Part shown: positions 1 through 16,124 of the stretch, one piece after another
Layout of the letters: every line of letters begins with the position of its first letter
Position numbering within the stretch: the stretch's first letter is position 1
NCBI RefSeq assembly: GCF_009914755.1
Contig: NC_060927.1
DNA length: 64,000 nt
Reading direction: 5' to 3' (one strand)
DNA from: the human T2T-CHM13v2.0 reference genome, Homo sapiens
The notes under the pieces: model-generated
The model's input: the letters and a program-made list of their open reading frames with translations, nothing else
Database searches by the model: none
Told to the model about the DNA's origin: nothing
Program-made: the position numbers and the translations under genes

Positions 1-13
1 CAAGCTCCTTGGA

Positions 14-162
14 GCAATGCTCCTCAAACATCAGCGAATCCCCTGGGGGTCTTGGTCCAATGCAGATGCTGGCTCAGTAGGTCCGGGACGGCACCTGCGA
101 TTCTGCATTTCCCACAAGCCCCCAAGGAATGGTGGTGCTGTTGGTCCAAGGCCCTCATTCCA
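14..162. mobile_element. MER5-family hAT-Charlie MITE
   Basis: ctcaaac..gaatc.cctgggg..tgcagat..tcagtaggtc.ggg..ttctgcatttc..acaagc.ccca resembles the MER5A1/MER5B consensus. Confidence 0.65.
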
Positions 163-706
163 AATCAGACCCATCGATACTCCCGTTCTCCAACCATGTT
201 TGCCATTTTTGCCAATAGCCATATTTATCATGTTTGTGAACCATGTGGACTGTTATTTATTTATCATTTTTCTTTAAATTAATTCACTTTTCACTTCAAT
301 ACATTTAAAAACAAAATTTTACATCACTACCATACACGTAAAGCTAGTGTTTTTAAAATTCATTTAAGATAAATTGAAGAAAATTTAAAAAGTTTAAATG
401 TCTATGTCTGGTGCTGCCTCAAAACACCTTACGTACTCCCAGCGGCAGATGTCCCATATTGGGCACCACAGACCTTGCCCACGAACTGTGCCACAGAGCC
501 CTAGAATTTCATGAATGTGCCTGTAGGACTGTGCCCAGGGCTTGGACAGGTTGGTGGGAATCCAACCAGAGTAGCCCCACCACCATATCTTGATATCCTG
601 TATTGTGTTTCTGTGTGGAATTTTATTTGACAAAAAGTTAAGGTCCAAAACTATCAGAAACCCACTGCTGAGCCCATACATTTGTTTTAGAGAAGCCCTG
701 GAGTTT

Positions 707-891
707 GCTGTCCGATATGGTAGCCACTAGCCACATATCTTTACTTAACTTCAATTAAAATGAAGTACAATTAAAAATTCAGTTCCTCAGTCACATTTCA
801 AGAGCACAATAGCCACATGTGGTTAGTGGCTACTGTCGGGACAGCACTTACATAGAACATTTCCATCACTGCAGAAAGTTCCATTGGACAG
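707..891. mobile_element. MER3 hAT-Charlie MITE
   Basis: gctgtcc.atatggtagccactagccac...aaattcagttcctcagtc...tagaacatttccatca.tgcagaaagtt..attggacag; terminal inverted ctgtcc/ggacag. Confidence 0.85.
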
Positions 892-2309
892 TCCTGACTT
901 GTGGAAGCTGGGAGAAGAATTTGGTGATAATGCTTGCCACAGTCTCTTGCATTCTGGGCCTGGACTGTGGGCAGCTGCTTGGGATAAAGTAATGTCCCTC
1001 ACACTGTCCCTTTGTTCTCAGAGAAGGAAAGATGGGACCTTCCTTCTCTCCTCTCCTCTGCCTCTCAAGATGCTGACCAGGGCATCATCTCCTGGCAGGA
1101 GGCCAGCTGTGCTGAAAGTGGCTCCATCCCTACAAGCTACTTCAGCTGCAAGATGGGAAACTCTAATACCATCTTTTGGACCCCAGTCCCTACCTCTCCT
1201 GCTGCCTTTCAGTCTCCTGGGCCCCAGAATGTGCTCTTTGCCCCACTGGTCCCCTGTCTCTGGCCCTCCCTGTTTTCCCAGTGCCTCCCTCTCTGGCCTG
1301 GCCTTCATGGTTGGTCAAGTCCACATATCTCCCTCTCACTCATCTTTGCCCTCTCTTCCTTTTGCTGTTTCTCAGCCCTGTGCCACCCAAACTTGAGGAT
1401 TTCTGGGCTCCCCAGACTGCTGCTAGGGACTTCTGGAAAGTCTCACAAAGCTATGACTGTATCTTCCGCAAGCATAGATTGTGAGGCCTCGGCAGGGCCT
1501 TGCTGTTGCTCACTTCTTTGTGATCCACGTCTGGCTGTGGTTCGTTCTTGTGGCCCTGGGGCAGGGTTCCCGATCTTCTCCATATGCCTCAAACTTTTCT
1601 TTCCATACTCCTCATCCCGCTGATGACATAATAAAGGTCTTGGGAATCCCCCAGATGGCTAAGGGAACTACCCCTAGGCTGGGCCTCTACCTGAGATTCT
1701 CCCTGCTGTCCAGTCACCTTGAGTGTGGGCTCCCACTCCCTCCTGGGCCTTCAGCATCCCTCCCGTCAGTCATTCCTCTCTCCCTAGCATTGCTGATGGC
1801 TTTTCTTTTCCTTTCCTTTCCCTTCCCTTCTTCCTCTCTCTCTCTTGCTGTTCGCATAAAGACATTCTCAGGTTCCACTAGAAGCATCTTTAAAAACTTC
1901 TAGATCTGCTTACCATCAATCTTTAGACAACTGTGTGGTCCACATTCCTTACCTTGGTTCCTCATCACACCATTCATTCCTTTACCTCTTACAAGGTAGT
2001 AGTGTGGCACTCAGACCTAAGTTATAACAAATCCATTCTGTCAAATATACCCAGAAACATGACCCATCCTTTTTTCCTTCTGTTATAATGGAGGGGTTAA
2101 GGGAGGACCCTTCTTCCTGGCTAAGCCCCTTCCCATGCCAGGACTATGTGTGCCTTCAACTTCCTCTGTGTCTTCACACACCCAGGCTGATAATAGGTAT
2201 ACAGTAATTTCTAAATAAAGACTAGATGACTTAAGGATATTAATATTGTTAGAGAATAGAGAAATTTGGAAAATGAAGTTAATGAGTACTCAAAAAGATA
2301 TTAACTATA

Positions 2310-4310
2310 TTCAATTTTTTTCTTTTTTACTTTTCATAATGAAATACACATAGAGAAAATTACACATAAAAAAACTATACCTCAACAAATTATCATCTCC
2401 TTGTGTCTTTCAGATGCCAGCTTTCTCCCTGAAAAAGTATCCACTATGCCGACAGTCCTTTCTTGGCTTTTTTGTGTGGTCTTACCACTTAAGCATGAAT
2501 CCCTAAACGCTATACTTACTTTTGTCTGTGTTTGAACTTCATATTGTGAAAAAATAGAGTGGCTATTCTTTGATGTCTGACTTCTTTTGCCTTACATTAT
2601 GTTTTCTTTGTTGTTGTTTCATCTAAGTTGATATTGCAGCTATAGTTTTTACTTGGCCAGTCTATTGTATTTCTTATGTAACTACAAATTATTTAACCAC
2701 TTTACTATTGATAGATATTTGGATTATTTAGCTTTTGGATATTATGAAAAATGCTGCTTGGAACATTCTGGTACATGTGTTCTGGTACACATGAGCAAGC
2801 ATGTCTATGTGTAGAAAGGCTGAAACATAGTGTGTATGTATTTTAAGCTTTGATAGATAATTCCAAAAGTGTTTCAATTCATTTATATGTATGTATTCAT
2901 ACAATACGGTCAGAGAATTCTAACTGCAATATATTCCTGCATAGTTTGATGAAAGCAAAAAAAAGGAGAAATGAGTTATTAAAAATTCAGGACAAATATA
3001 AAGCACAAAGTAAGACAGGAGCAATATCAGTTCAAATGTATCAGTAATTACAATAAATGTAAATGGATTCAATGGGCCATATGAAAGACAGAGACTGTAA
3101 TGACTGGAATAAAAAATTCACACATACAGTTACATGCTATTGACAAGAGATATACCAAACATAAGCTCACAGCAACATTTACATGAATATATTAGGAAAA
3201 GAATACATTAGGATGAAAAGAATATATTAGGAAAATGCTATCCAAAAGAAAGCCAAAAAAATATCATTAGTGATAGAAAGGACATCTATCACTAGAAAGC
3301 TATAACATTTAAAAAAATTACAGTTCATAAAATAGCTTCAAAAAACAACAAATTGATTTCTTCATGGATTACATGGATAAATTGACATATCTACCATCAT
3401 GATGGAGATATCTGTACTCATTTCTCCATTTTTGATAGATAAAGCAGAAAATAAAAAGAACAGGGAGTGAAAATTGATTAATACAGATTATTAGAATAAT
3501 CTAAAATGGAACTTCTACAAATAGCAATAATAGAAATTAAAAATTAAGTGGATGGATTTAAAAGTGGATGAGACACAGCTAAGGAGAGATTTGATGAACG
3601 CAAAGATATGTCAGAAAAAATTATGTGGCACATTGCACAGAGAGATAAGAAACAAAAACCAAGAAAAAATTTAAGATATATAAATAAGCTATGTAGGACA
3701 ATGAAGTCTAATATATGCTTACCTAGAATTCTGGAAGGAGAAGAGAGACTGGAACAGAGAAACACTTAAAGTACAACAGCTCAACATTTCCCACCACAGA
3801 TTCATGAAGCCCAGTGAATCCTACGTAGGATAAAAAAATGTAATGCCCATCAAGATGCCTCATGATCATGCTCCAGAACATCAGGGTGAGGCCCTTAACC
3901 CACATCAAAGGTCTCACCGCAGAGGAGTGTTTAATTTGTGGCATTTTGAAAAAAATTAAAAGGTAGAACTTAAATCTTGGACAGGTAAAATAGCATATGA
4001 CAGATGAGTGGTAAGAGCGGAAATGTTCTAAGGAGGTGAACAACTTTAGACTTTGTGAAAGTATGCAAAGCAAACATTTCAAGTTGTCCCCAGATTTCTT
4101 TTATAGCTTTCCAGGATAGAAAGAATTCATACACTGCATTTGGTTGTTATGAATACAGTTGCTTTTAGGACAGTTTTCCCACCTTTTTATTTTCATGACA
4201 TTGACTTTCTAAAGAGACCAGGCTAACTGTTTGAATTGTATAATGTCTTACATTCAGGATTTGACTGATTATTTCATTGTGGGGTCATTTAATATGGCCT
4301 TTTCCCCCTG
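2310..4310. mobile_element. Cluster of ancient L1M fragments in both orientations
   Basis: A-rich/T-rich blocks with L1 phrases (acaataaatgtaaatggattcaat, tgaagcccagtgaatcc, tttcatgacattgacttt); boundaries approximate. Confidence 0.6.
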
Positions 4311-4461
4311 TAACTTGCAGAGAATGTGTTAATTTAGTCTTTATATGGCACATGCATGCACGCACATACACACACACACACACACATTATAACATCATAT
4401 AGGCACTTAGGCAATTAACTGTATTTATTATTGATGGAATTTTGAATTTAAAAAGTGTATA

Positions 4462-4780
<319 letters not shown>

Positions 4781-5904
4781 GTGTACAACCTTCCTGAGTT
4801 TACATTCACCAAATGGGGCGTAGTGCTGACCTTCTTCACTGAGCTATTCCAAGCAATTTAGAATATTTGGCAAATATAACAAGACGCAGAGAGCCTCCAG
4901 GATCGGAGGAACTGCTGGCCAGAGCTGAAGGCAACATGGCTGCACAGAACTGGCACTGGGTTGGCAGCTGCAGGCTACAGCTCTGTGTTGCTGTGGCTCT
5001 GTTTCTGGCTACACTTCTGTGAGATATGATAACAACTAATGGGACACAGATGACTTGAATGGCAGCCTTAAAAATAAAGGAAAATGAAAAGACATCTAAG
5101 ACTTGAAAGCAAAGAAAGCCTAACTTAAAATAATATAGGGAAATACTAAAATAAATGTTTGAACTTGTACTTCACCAGTATATACTGGTAAAAACTCAGG
5201 GCTTCCTGAGCCTCTGAGTAAGGTTACACAATGATTTTAATATTCTATATCCTTTTGCCTGTATGCCTACATCCAAAGGACAACTGTGTCAACTGAGTAA
5301 CCTGAGTGGATTTTCTGTGAATTGATGCCTATTGTTGTCTGAAGTAACTAATTTGAGTAAACAACACAAAGTGGGCGTCCTTTCTAAAGGAACAAGAGGA
5401 ATGGAACAAAGAGGCATTTTTCAGGTCAGAGAGAACAGATGCAGAAATGAGCTTGTTTAGAAAACATTGTGGCTTCTCACCACGATCACTCAGCTGATCC
5501 CTTGCATTAAGGAAGATTCAGCCACGTGCTGTGAAAACAAGGGACTCAGAGAGCAGTGTGGAATCCTTCCTTCCTTTTTGTTGGTCTTGGCTGAATTTAT
5601 TCCTTCACCTCAAATATTTTTGCTGGGAACAAGCAATCAATACCAACTAGAAGGCATAATCTGGTGGAGAAAAACAGATGGAGCACTGTGAAAATATTTT
5701 CAAGGGTCAGGGTACACCTGGGGCCATGCTGTCTCAATTAGTGACCCCCTAAGGAATTTCACTGTGTCCTGCTGTACTGTTTTGTACTTGCTCTTTTCAT
5801 TTCATAACAGGAGAAGCCCTGTGAATCTTACTCTGCCAGAAAACACACATGCTTTATTTCACAAGCTCGGTGGTTCAAATTATATTTGATTTCTTTCCCT
5901 GCTC

Positions 5905-6215
5905 CATACTCCAAATGTGGCCTAGCGATGGGCAGCGTCGGCATCGCCAGGGCGCCTGTGGGAAATGCAGACTCTCAGGCCCCTCCCAGACCTCTAGAAT
6001 CAGAACCTATTTTTAAAAAGACCCCCCCAAGGGATTTGCAGGCAGGTTAATGTCTCAGGAGCACACAGGGTTTTTAACCCTGGCTGCACATCAGGATCCT
6101 ATCTATGGAGCTTTAAAATACAGATGCACGAGACTCCCTGAAAAACTGAGCTTGGCAGAGGAGTCTCTTGAATGTTTGGCTTCTAGAAGCTTCCATGGTG
6201 GCTGATGTGGGATAC
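5905..6215. mobile_element. Two adjacent MER5-family fragments in opposite orientation
   Basis: gaaatgcagactctcaggcccc..cagacct..gaatcagaa followed by ttaaccctggctgcacatcag..ggagcttt. Confidence 0.55.
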
Positions 6216-6461
6216 CCTTCTCCAGAAGAGGAAGATCCCTACCAACACTGCCGTGCCACTCATTATTAACATTTCTAGATCTTCTCCCCACTGGCTCCCC
6301 TCCAGTTTCCATATCCCCAATGTCCCTTGTTTAAGGTCCACCTCTGCCTGCTCTTTCCCACTGTTAAAATTTCTCTTCTAAAATACATTCAGAGTCAACA
6401 GGAAAAGGTCTTAAAGATAATTTATCACAGATGCAACAACAATTTCTTCTCATGAACTTGA

Positions 6462-7283
<822 letters not shown>

Positions 7284-8544
7284 TGAGAGAAGTGTTAAAA
7301 TCTTCCATTATGATTGTGAATTTTTCTATTTTCTTTTAATTGTGTCAATTTTTACTTTATAGAATCTGAAGCCATTAAGGACAAACTTTAAATTGTTATA
7401 TCTTCTTGGAGGGTTAAAATTTTAATCATATGGAATGACTCTATCTCTAGCAGTGTTAAATTCTCTATTTGGATAATTCAGATTGTTGTGTGTTTTCTGC
7501 ATACACAATTATATCATCTGTGAATGAGTTTTTTTTCTGGCCTCATGCTTTGGTTTAGGCCTCCACCACTATATGTATCTGTCATTGCTCCAAAGTCTCC
7601 CTGTCATTGAAGCCTTAGTGACAGCCCTATGTAAAATGTCAACTACCACCCCAACATTGTTTCTCTCTTTCCTTCTTCATTGTATCCCTTGGGCACTATT
7701 TGGCATGTTATATGTGTTTCTTGTTTATCAAGCCCGATTTGCTCATTTATTTAAGAGAGGTATCGAGTCTATGTGCCAGACCCTGTTCTGGATATGGGGG
7801 ATGCAGCAATAAACAAGACAACCACAGATCTCAGCCCCCTCGGAGGATACATTCTGGTGGCGAGGCAGAAAATAGACAAACACCATGCTTCTACTTCAGT
7901 AAGGCCTGTCTTGACCACCATATTTTAAGAAAAACATCCCTTCTCTTGATTCTACTTTCCTTTCTACCTACCTTATGCCCCCCCTTTTTTTTTTCGCTTT
8001 ACTGTTTTATAGCCCAGCCAATCAAGAGATGTCGATGCTTACTTTGTCTCCAAGTTTCTCTTGTTACTTCTCACAGTCACCTCAGCTAGGCCCCTCAGCA
8101 GTCCAACAAAACTATCTTGTCAAGGACACCAGTGACCCCCCACATAGCTAAATCCAACAGTCAGCTGTCCCTTTCCTGGACCTGCCAGCTGCATGCCACC
8201 CAGGTAATGATTCTTTCCTGCTGATGTGATTTGCCCAGCCAGCATCCAGGGAGACGCTCTCTTGGTCTTCCTCTCACTGGCCCCTGCTGTTCCATCTCTT
8301 TTGCTGATGTCTCCTCTTCCCTGATTCCTTGGGGTTGGAGCACCTAGGGCTTCTCACTGACACTCACCTCCTTGGTGTGCCTACCTCTTTAATGGTTTAA
8401 AAGCCCTCTCCACCGATAACTCCCAATGTTGTATCTCTAGTCCAGACCACACTTCAGAGGTCTAGACTTGTATGTCTGGTGCCTCCCAACATCCCCATTT
8501 GGGTGTCTGAGAGGCATTTCATGGTTGTCTAAAAGAGGATTTCT

Positions 8545-8885
8545 GGCCAGACGTAGTGGCTCATGCCTGTAATCCCAGCACTTTGGGAGGCCGAGGCAGG
8601 TGGATCACCTGAGGTCAGGAGTTTGAGACCAGCCTGGCCAACATGGCAAAACCCCGTCGCTACTAAAAATACAAAAATTAGCTGGGCATGGTGGCGGGCA
8701 CCTGTAAAAATTAGCTGGGCATGGTGGAAGGCACCTGTAATCCCAGCTACTAGGGAGGTTGAGGCAGGATAATCACTTGAACCCAGGAGAAGAAGGTTGC
8801 AGTGAGCCAAAATCGTGCCACTGCGCTCCAGCCTGGGCGACAGAGCAAGACTCTGTCTCAAAAAAAAAAAAAAAAAAAAAAAAGA
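8545..8885 (+). mobile_element. AluSx-like with internal 33-bp tandem duplication
   Basis: Alu consensus, long A tail, TSD aaagag(g/a)atttct. Confidence 0.9.
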
Positions 8886-9081
8886 AAGAGAATTTCTTAT
8901 CTTTGCCCACTTCCCTTCCTAAAGCCAGCTCCCTATCTCTGTTGACACCAAGCCTAGCCTAGCAGTTGCTCAGCCCCAAACCCTTGAAGTCATCCTGAGT
9001 CCTATCTCTCATCTCCTTTCAATCTGTGCTGATAGTCTATTAGTTTTCCCTTCAAAATATATCCAGAACCTAACTCTCTGA

Positions 9082-10674
<1,593 letters not shown>

Positions 10675-10910
10675 AACAGTCTATTCTTAATGCAACCACA
10701 GAGTCGTCCTTTTTAAATAGCATCAGGTTTTATCATTCCAAGGCTTATAACCCTGCAATGGCTCCTCATATCCTTTGCTCAGTGTCTCCTCAATGAGGTC
10801 TATCCTGACCACCCTGCTGAAGCTGCATCCAGCATCCCTCCAGCACTCTTGATCCTCCTTGTTCTACTCTATTATTATTATTACCATAGCACTTTCTTCT
10901 TGTAACATAT

Positions 10911-11356
10911 TATAGGGGTTTGAAAGGTAGCCCCCCAAAAGATACATCTACCCAGAACCTATGAGCGTGACTTCATTTGGAAAAAGGGTCTTTGCAGATG
11001 TCATTAAGTTGGGGCCTTGAGATGAGATTATCCTGGATTAGGATGGGCACTAAATCCAATGACAAGTGTCTTGAAGAGAAGAGGAGAAGATAAAAGGGAA
11101 GGTGATCTGACGACAGAGGCAGAGACTGAAGTGATGTGTCTATAAGCCAAGGAATGGCGAGAACGGCCAGCAGCCACCAGAAGATACGAGAGGCATGCAC
11201 TGCATCTCCCTCAGAGCCTCCAGAAGGAACCAGCTCCACCAGCACCTGCATTTAGGACTTCTGGCCTCCAGAAGTCCTGCGAGAGAGTAAATTTCTGTTG
11301 TTTTAAGCTATGCAGTTTATGGTAATTTGTTACAGTAGTCCTAGGAAACTAATACA
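10911..11356 (+). mobile_element. MaLR solo LTR (MLT1B/C-like)
   Basis: ttatttggaaa.agggtctttgcagatgt.attaag-type core, ccctcagagcctccagaaggaaccagc, end ggaaactaataca. Confidence 0.85.
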
Positions 11357-11549
11357 CATACTGCATAATTTATTTACTATTTATTATTTTCCGTATGCTG
11401 TCACTGTAAGCTCCTTGAGGGTACAAATTATGATTCTGTTCACAATCTATTTCAAATACCAGTGCTTGACACACAGTAGGCACTCAAACTTAAAAATAAT
11501 TGATTCTATTGATAAAGTTAATAAATATTGATTAAAGTAATCTAAGATT

Positions 11550-11960
11550 TCGTTGGATAAATGAATTGTGACATATCTATACACTAGAAGGTACTACTCA
11601 ACAATAAAAGGAATGAATTATTATATACACACCAATATAGATGAATCTTAAATACATTTTGCTAAGTGAAGGAAGCCAGATATTAAAGAGAATATACTAT
11701 ATGATTTCATTATGTGAATTCTAGAAAAGGCAAATCAAAGCTGTCAAGAGAAAAAGCAGTTCGGTGCTTGCTCAGGGACCAACCAGGCTCAGGGAGCCTG
11801 GCTGCAAAGGGACATGAAGGGACTTGGTGAAGTGATGAAAGTGTCCTCTATTCTGATTGTGGTGGTGGTTCCAGGGCTATCTATATTTGCCAAAACTCTT
11901 CAAACTGTACCTTTAAAAGGGGTACATGTTATTGTAAATTATACCTCAAAAAGGTGATAA
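11550..11960 (+). mobile_element. Old L1M 3' end
   Basis: tactactca..caataaaaggaatgaa, ctaagtgaaggaagccaga, aaattatacctcaa. Confidence 0.7.
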
Positions 11961-12281
11961 AATAAGGTGGTTCATTTATTTAGAATAATGTAATAATTGT
12001 CTAAAGCAAATACCAAGTATAGACTCTGGAGCAGGCCTAAAGGTGTCAGAGTCAAAAAATATATGGCAAGAAGGTACAGTAGAAGGAAGCAAAAGATATA
12101 AAACCCCAACAACAGAAAAGAGACAGCTGCTGATTATTGAGAGCTCTCCCAAGGATGTACGCATGAGAAGACACCATTAGCAGAGCCCACACTGCGGACC
12201 GTGCAGTGACATCTCCCTTGCTGCATCAAGCCCCTGGAACACAAACCAGCAGCCTCTGTCATGAAAGAAAACCGCTGCTGG

Positions 12282-12382
12282 AGAGGCAGGAGGATAGCTT
12301 GAGCCCAGGACTTTGATACCTGCCTGGGCAATACAGTGAGATCCCATTCTCCACAAAAAGGAAAAAGAAGGAAAGAAAGAAA
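12282..12382 (+). mobile_element. Alu monomer fragment (FLAM/AluJ)
   Basis: gaggcaggaggatagcttgagcccagga...cctgggcaatacagtgaga + A-rich tail. Confidence 0.7.
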
Positions 12383-12693
12383 ATCTCTGTGGGGTAAATA
12401 GAGCAGCTGTTCTGGGGGATGCTGGTAGTTGTTTGTTATCCCCACCCACCTCACTATCTCCCTGTTCTTTCCTTCAAGATGGCCTTAATTCTGACGACAG
12501 ATCACTGATTTCATTTATGAAGTGGAGTAAACACTGCTTAAAGTATTCAAAGGTTTCACTGAATATGATCAGGATCAAGCTCTTTAAAAAAGTTAATCAG
12601 TTATTGGTTCAGAAACACTGCTGGTGGCTTTCAAATAACATGTTTTATAAGAAAGAGAAATTCCAGACTAGTCTCTCTTGTGAAGATTGATGG

Positions 12694-13522
12694 AAAAGGG
12701 CCTGCATTGCCAAGACAATCCTAAGCCAAAAGAACAAAGCTGAGCGCATCACACTACCTGACTTCAAACTACACTACAAGGCTATAGTAACCAGAACAGC
12801 ATGGTACTGGTACCAAAACAGAGATATAGACCAATGGAACAGAACAGAGCCCTCAGAAATAATACCACACATCTACATCCATCTGATCTTTGACAAACCT
12901 GACAAAAACAAGAAATGGGGAAAGGAGTCCCTATTTAATAAATGGTGCTGGGAAAACTGGCTAGCCATATGTAGAAAACTGAAACTGGATCCCTTCCTTA
13001 CACCTTATACAAAAATTAATTCAAGATGGATTAAAGACTTAAATGTTAGACCTAAAACCATAAAAACTCTAGAAGAAAACCTAGGCAATACCATTCAGGA
13101 CATAGGCATGGGCAAGGACTTCATGACTAAAACACCAAAAGCAATGGCAACAAAAGCCAAAATTGACAAATGGGATCTAATTAAACTAAAGAGCTTCTGC
13201 ACAGCAAAAGAAACTACCATCAGAGTGAACTGGCAACCTACAAAATGGGAGAAAATTTTTGTAATCTACTCATCTGACAAAGGGCTAATATCCAGAATCT
13301 ACAAAGAACTCAAACAAATTTGCAAGAAAAAACAAACAACCCCATCAAAAAGTGGGTGAAGGATATGAACAGACACTTTTCAAAAGAAGACATTCATGCA
13401 GCCAACAGACACATGAAAAAAATGCTCATCATCACTGGCCATCAGAGAAATGCAAATCGAAACCACAATGAGATACCATCTCACACCAGTTAGAATGGCG
13501 ATCATTAAAAAGTCAGGAAAAA
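12694..13522 (+). mobile_element. Young L1PA ORF2 fragment (C-terminal part), truncated at both ends
   Basis: Near-consensus L1 ORF2 ([34 protein letters not shown]); stops at gatcattaaaaagtcaggaaa with no 3' UTR. Confidence 0.92.
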
Positions 13523-13629
13523 CCTTCAATAATTTATCGGCTAACTGGAACTAGCAAGATATGAAAAGGATAGTATATCATCACTGTCTTAGAACAGGAC
13601 CCTTGTAAATTATACCTCAAAATAAGGGG

Positions 13630-13975
13630 GAGTAGACTCTGAGGCCAAGATTGTGTGCAGGATGTCGATCAGGAGGGAGCCTTGGGGCCAACAGGTGTAA
13701 AGGAAGTCAAGGCAGCAGGACTGGGCAGGCCCAGTGGCATGGCTGTCAGCCCTGTGGGGAGCTCTGAGGATGAGACACACTTTGACACTGTCCCACACTG
13801 AGGCGAGAGAGTTATGTCTCCATTGATTGTTACTGGAGGCAGCCACCTTGAAAGGGAGCATAAACTTGGGCAAGGTGGTTCTCTTCAGCTGGGCAGTGCT
13901 CAAATGGCAGACAATGAAGGGCCAGCTGCTAGCAGGTCTTCCAGTGGCTGGGGCCATAGTCCCTTTATTCCTGAA
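13630..13975. mobile_element. Ancient ERVL-class LTR fragment (family uncertain)
   Basis: agactctgag..agatt.tgtgcagga.g, gcaggactgggcag, ggggagctctg resemble LTR16/33/40-type LTRs. Confidence 0.45.
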
Positions 13976-14489
13976 TGGAGATTAGGAATAATCTGCACAC
14001 AGTGGCAGCAAAGGCAAGGCCAAGTCAGATGGTAATGATATGAGCTGCTTTTAATTTCAGGCAGTTGATTACTTACATAGACAGGGAAAGGAAGTGGGTC
14101 AGCCAAAGGTGCTAGGTTCCTCGGTCCTTCTCTCACACTCCAAAAAGGACAACACCTACTCAAAAGGGGCAGGATGACTGCAACAGGAGTTGTGGGATAC
14201 TTTGTTGCTGGGGAGCCAAGCCTAGACTGCAGCTAAGTGGTTTTGCATTCTGCAGGTCTATTCTGAGCTCTTCAGAATCTCATCAAAACCCTCGCAGGAA
14301 AGACAGGGAGGCAAGAGGAGCTGGCCTCGGGGCAACTCCTCACAAGCTTCCCATCCTCCCTGTTCTGGGAGAATCATGAGGCATTTTGCCAAGACCTAGA
14401 CTATTAATAACTGTGGCTCAACCCTTGCCTGTACAGCATCTGGGCCAGGATGGAACCGTTCTCTACAGCACCTGATGCAACAACCAAGT

Positions 14490-15150
<661 letters not shown>

Positions 15151-15559
15151 CTCACAATCTCATTTATTCAAAATTATTTACCTGGAAACCCCAACTATTT
15201 GAAACAAAGCTGGTAATCTGGAAGACTAACATTCTCTTATAAAGCAATCTAAAAAGGTCTTGGAGCAGCAAAGATGCCACAAAGCCTATGCTCTTCACAC
15301 ACAGAGTCCCTTAAGCCCTCATCCTGAAGCTACGTACAATCCTAATAAATGGCTCCATTTATTTTCCAAGCCCACCTTGGAAAATGGCAAGAGATTGGCA
15401 AACCAAACAAAACCAATGTTAGCTACCAGCCTAAAAGGAAAGAACACGCATAAACCATAAAACGTAGATGCAGCAGTTTAAAAAAACAGTGCTTATAAAT
15501 CACTTATTAAAAGGGCAAACAGCTCCACACCTCAGCAGCCCTGAGGGCACTGCAGTGCA

Positions 15560-15965
15560 GGACAATAATTGACACTTGTAATAATGACTTTGAGTCATCA
15601 GGAAAAGATAAGATTATGCTTATGACTCACTGCTTAAGAAGGCAGGAAATTATATTTTGTATTAAAGGTTTTTAATGTCTGATTTTAAAGAAGTTTGGGT
15701 TATTTATATGGAGAAATTTTAGTGTTAGGAAATTACTTTATAGGTAATATCTGATTTCTTTTACAACCTAACCACTAAGGTTTTTCATGGCTTAAGCAGT
15801 ACTTGGCCAGGAAACAGAAGTCAATTTCACAAGTGTTTGGATTGAGCACCTGTGATACTTGAGTCATAATGACGGGCTCTGCTCCAGGCACTCAGTCCAG
15901 GGATGTTCTTTTTTTTTTCAGAGTTGTTACTATTTAAAGGCAGCTGTGGCTTGGCCACGTGAGCA
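15560..15965. promoter_or_regulatory. Distal enhancer (AP-1 x3, C/EBP, ETS, GATA, E-boxes); site of rs17713054
   Basis: TGAGTCA 15591-15597, TGACTCA 15623-15629, TGAGTCA 15860-15866, ATTTCACAA 15824-15832, CTTAAGCAGT 15791-15800, CACCTG 15847-15852. No repeat recognised here. SNP identity is from recalled coordinates. Confidence 0.75.
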
Positions 15966-16124
15966 TACTGGGCTGAAAATGGTAAGCAGGATTTGTAATT
16001 TCTTCTAAGTCGAGTCGACCCTTTGATGAGTAAGTATTGAAAGCATGCAAATATTCCTTGCATTTGCTCTTCTATCTTCTTAGTTCACTGTGGGATGAGA
16101 TGCTATTGATGTCACACCCAATTC

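Noticed and set aside
884-1903. Overlapping 140-203-aa plus-strand ORFs
   Set aside because: Non-ATG starts, pyrimidine-rich low complexity (L/S/P/F), open in several frames, no recognisable domain.
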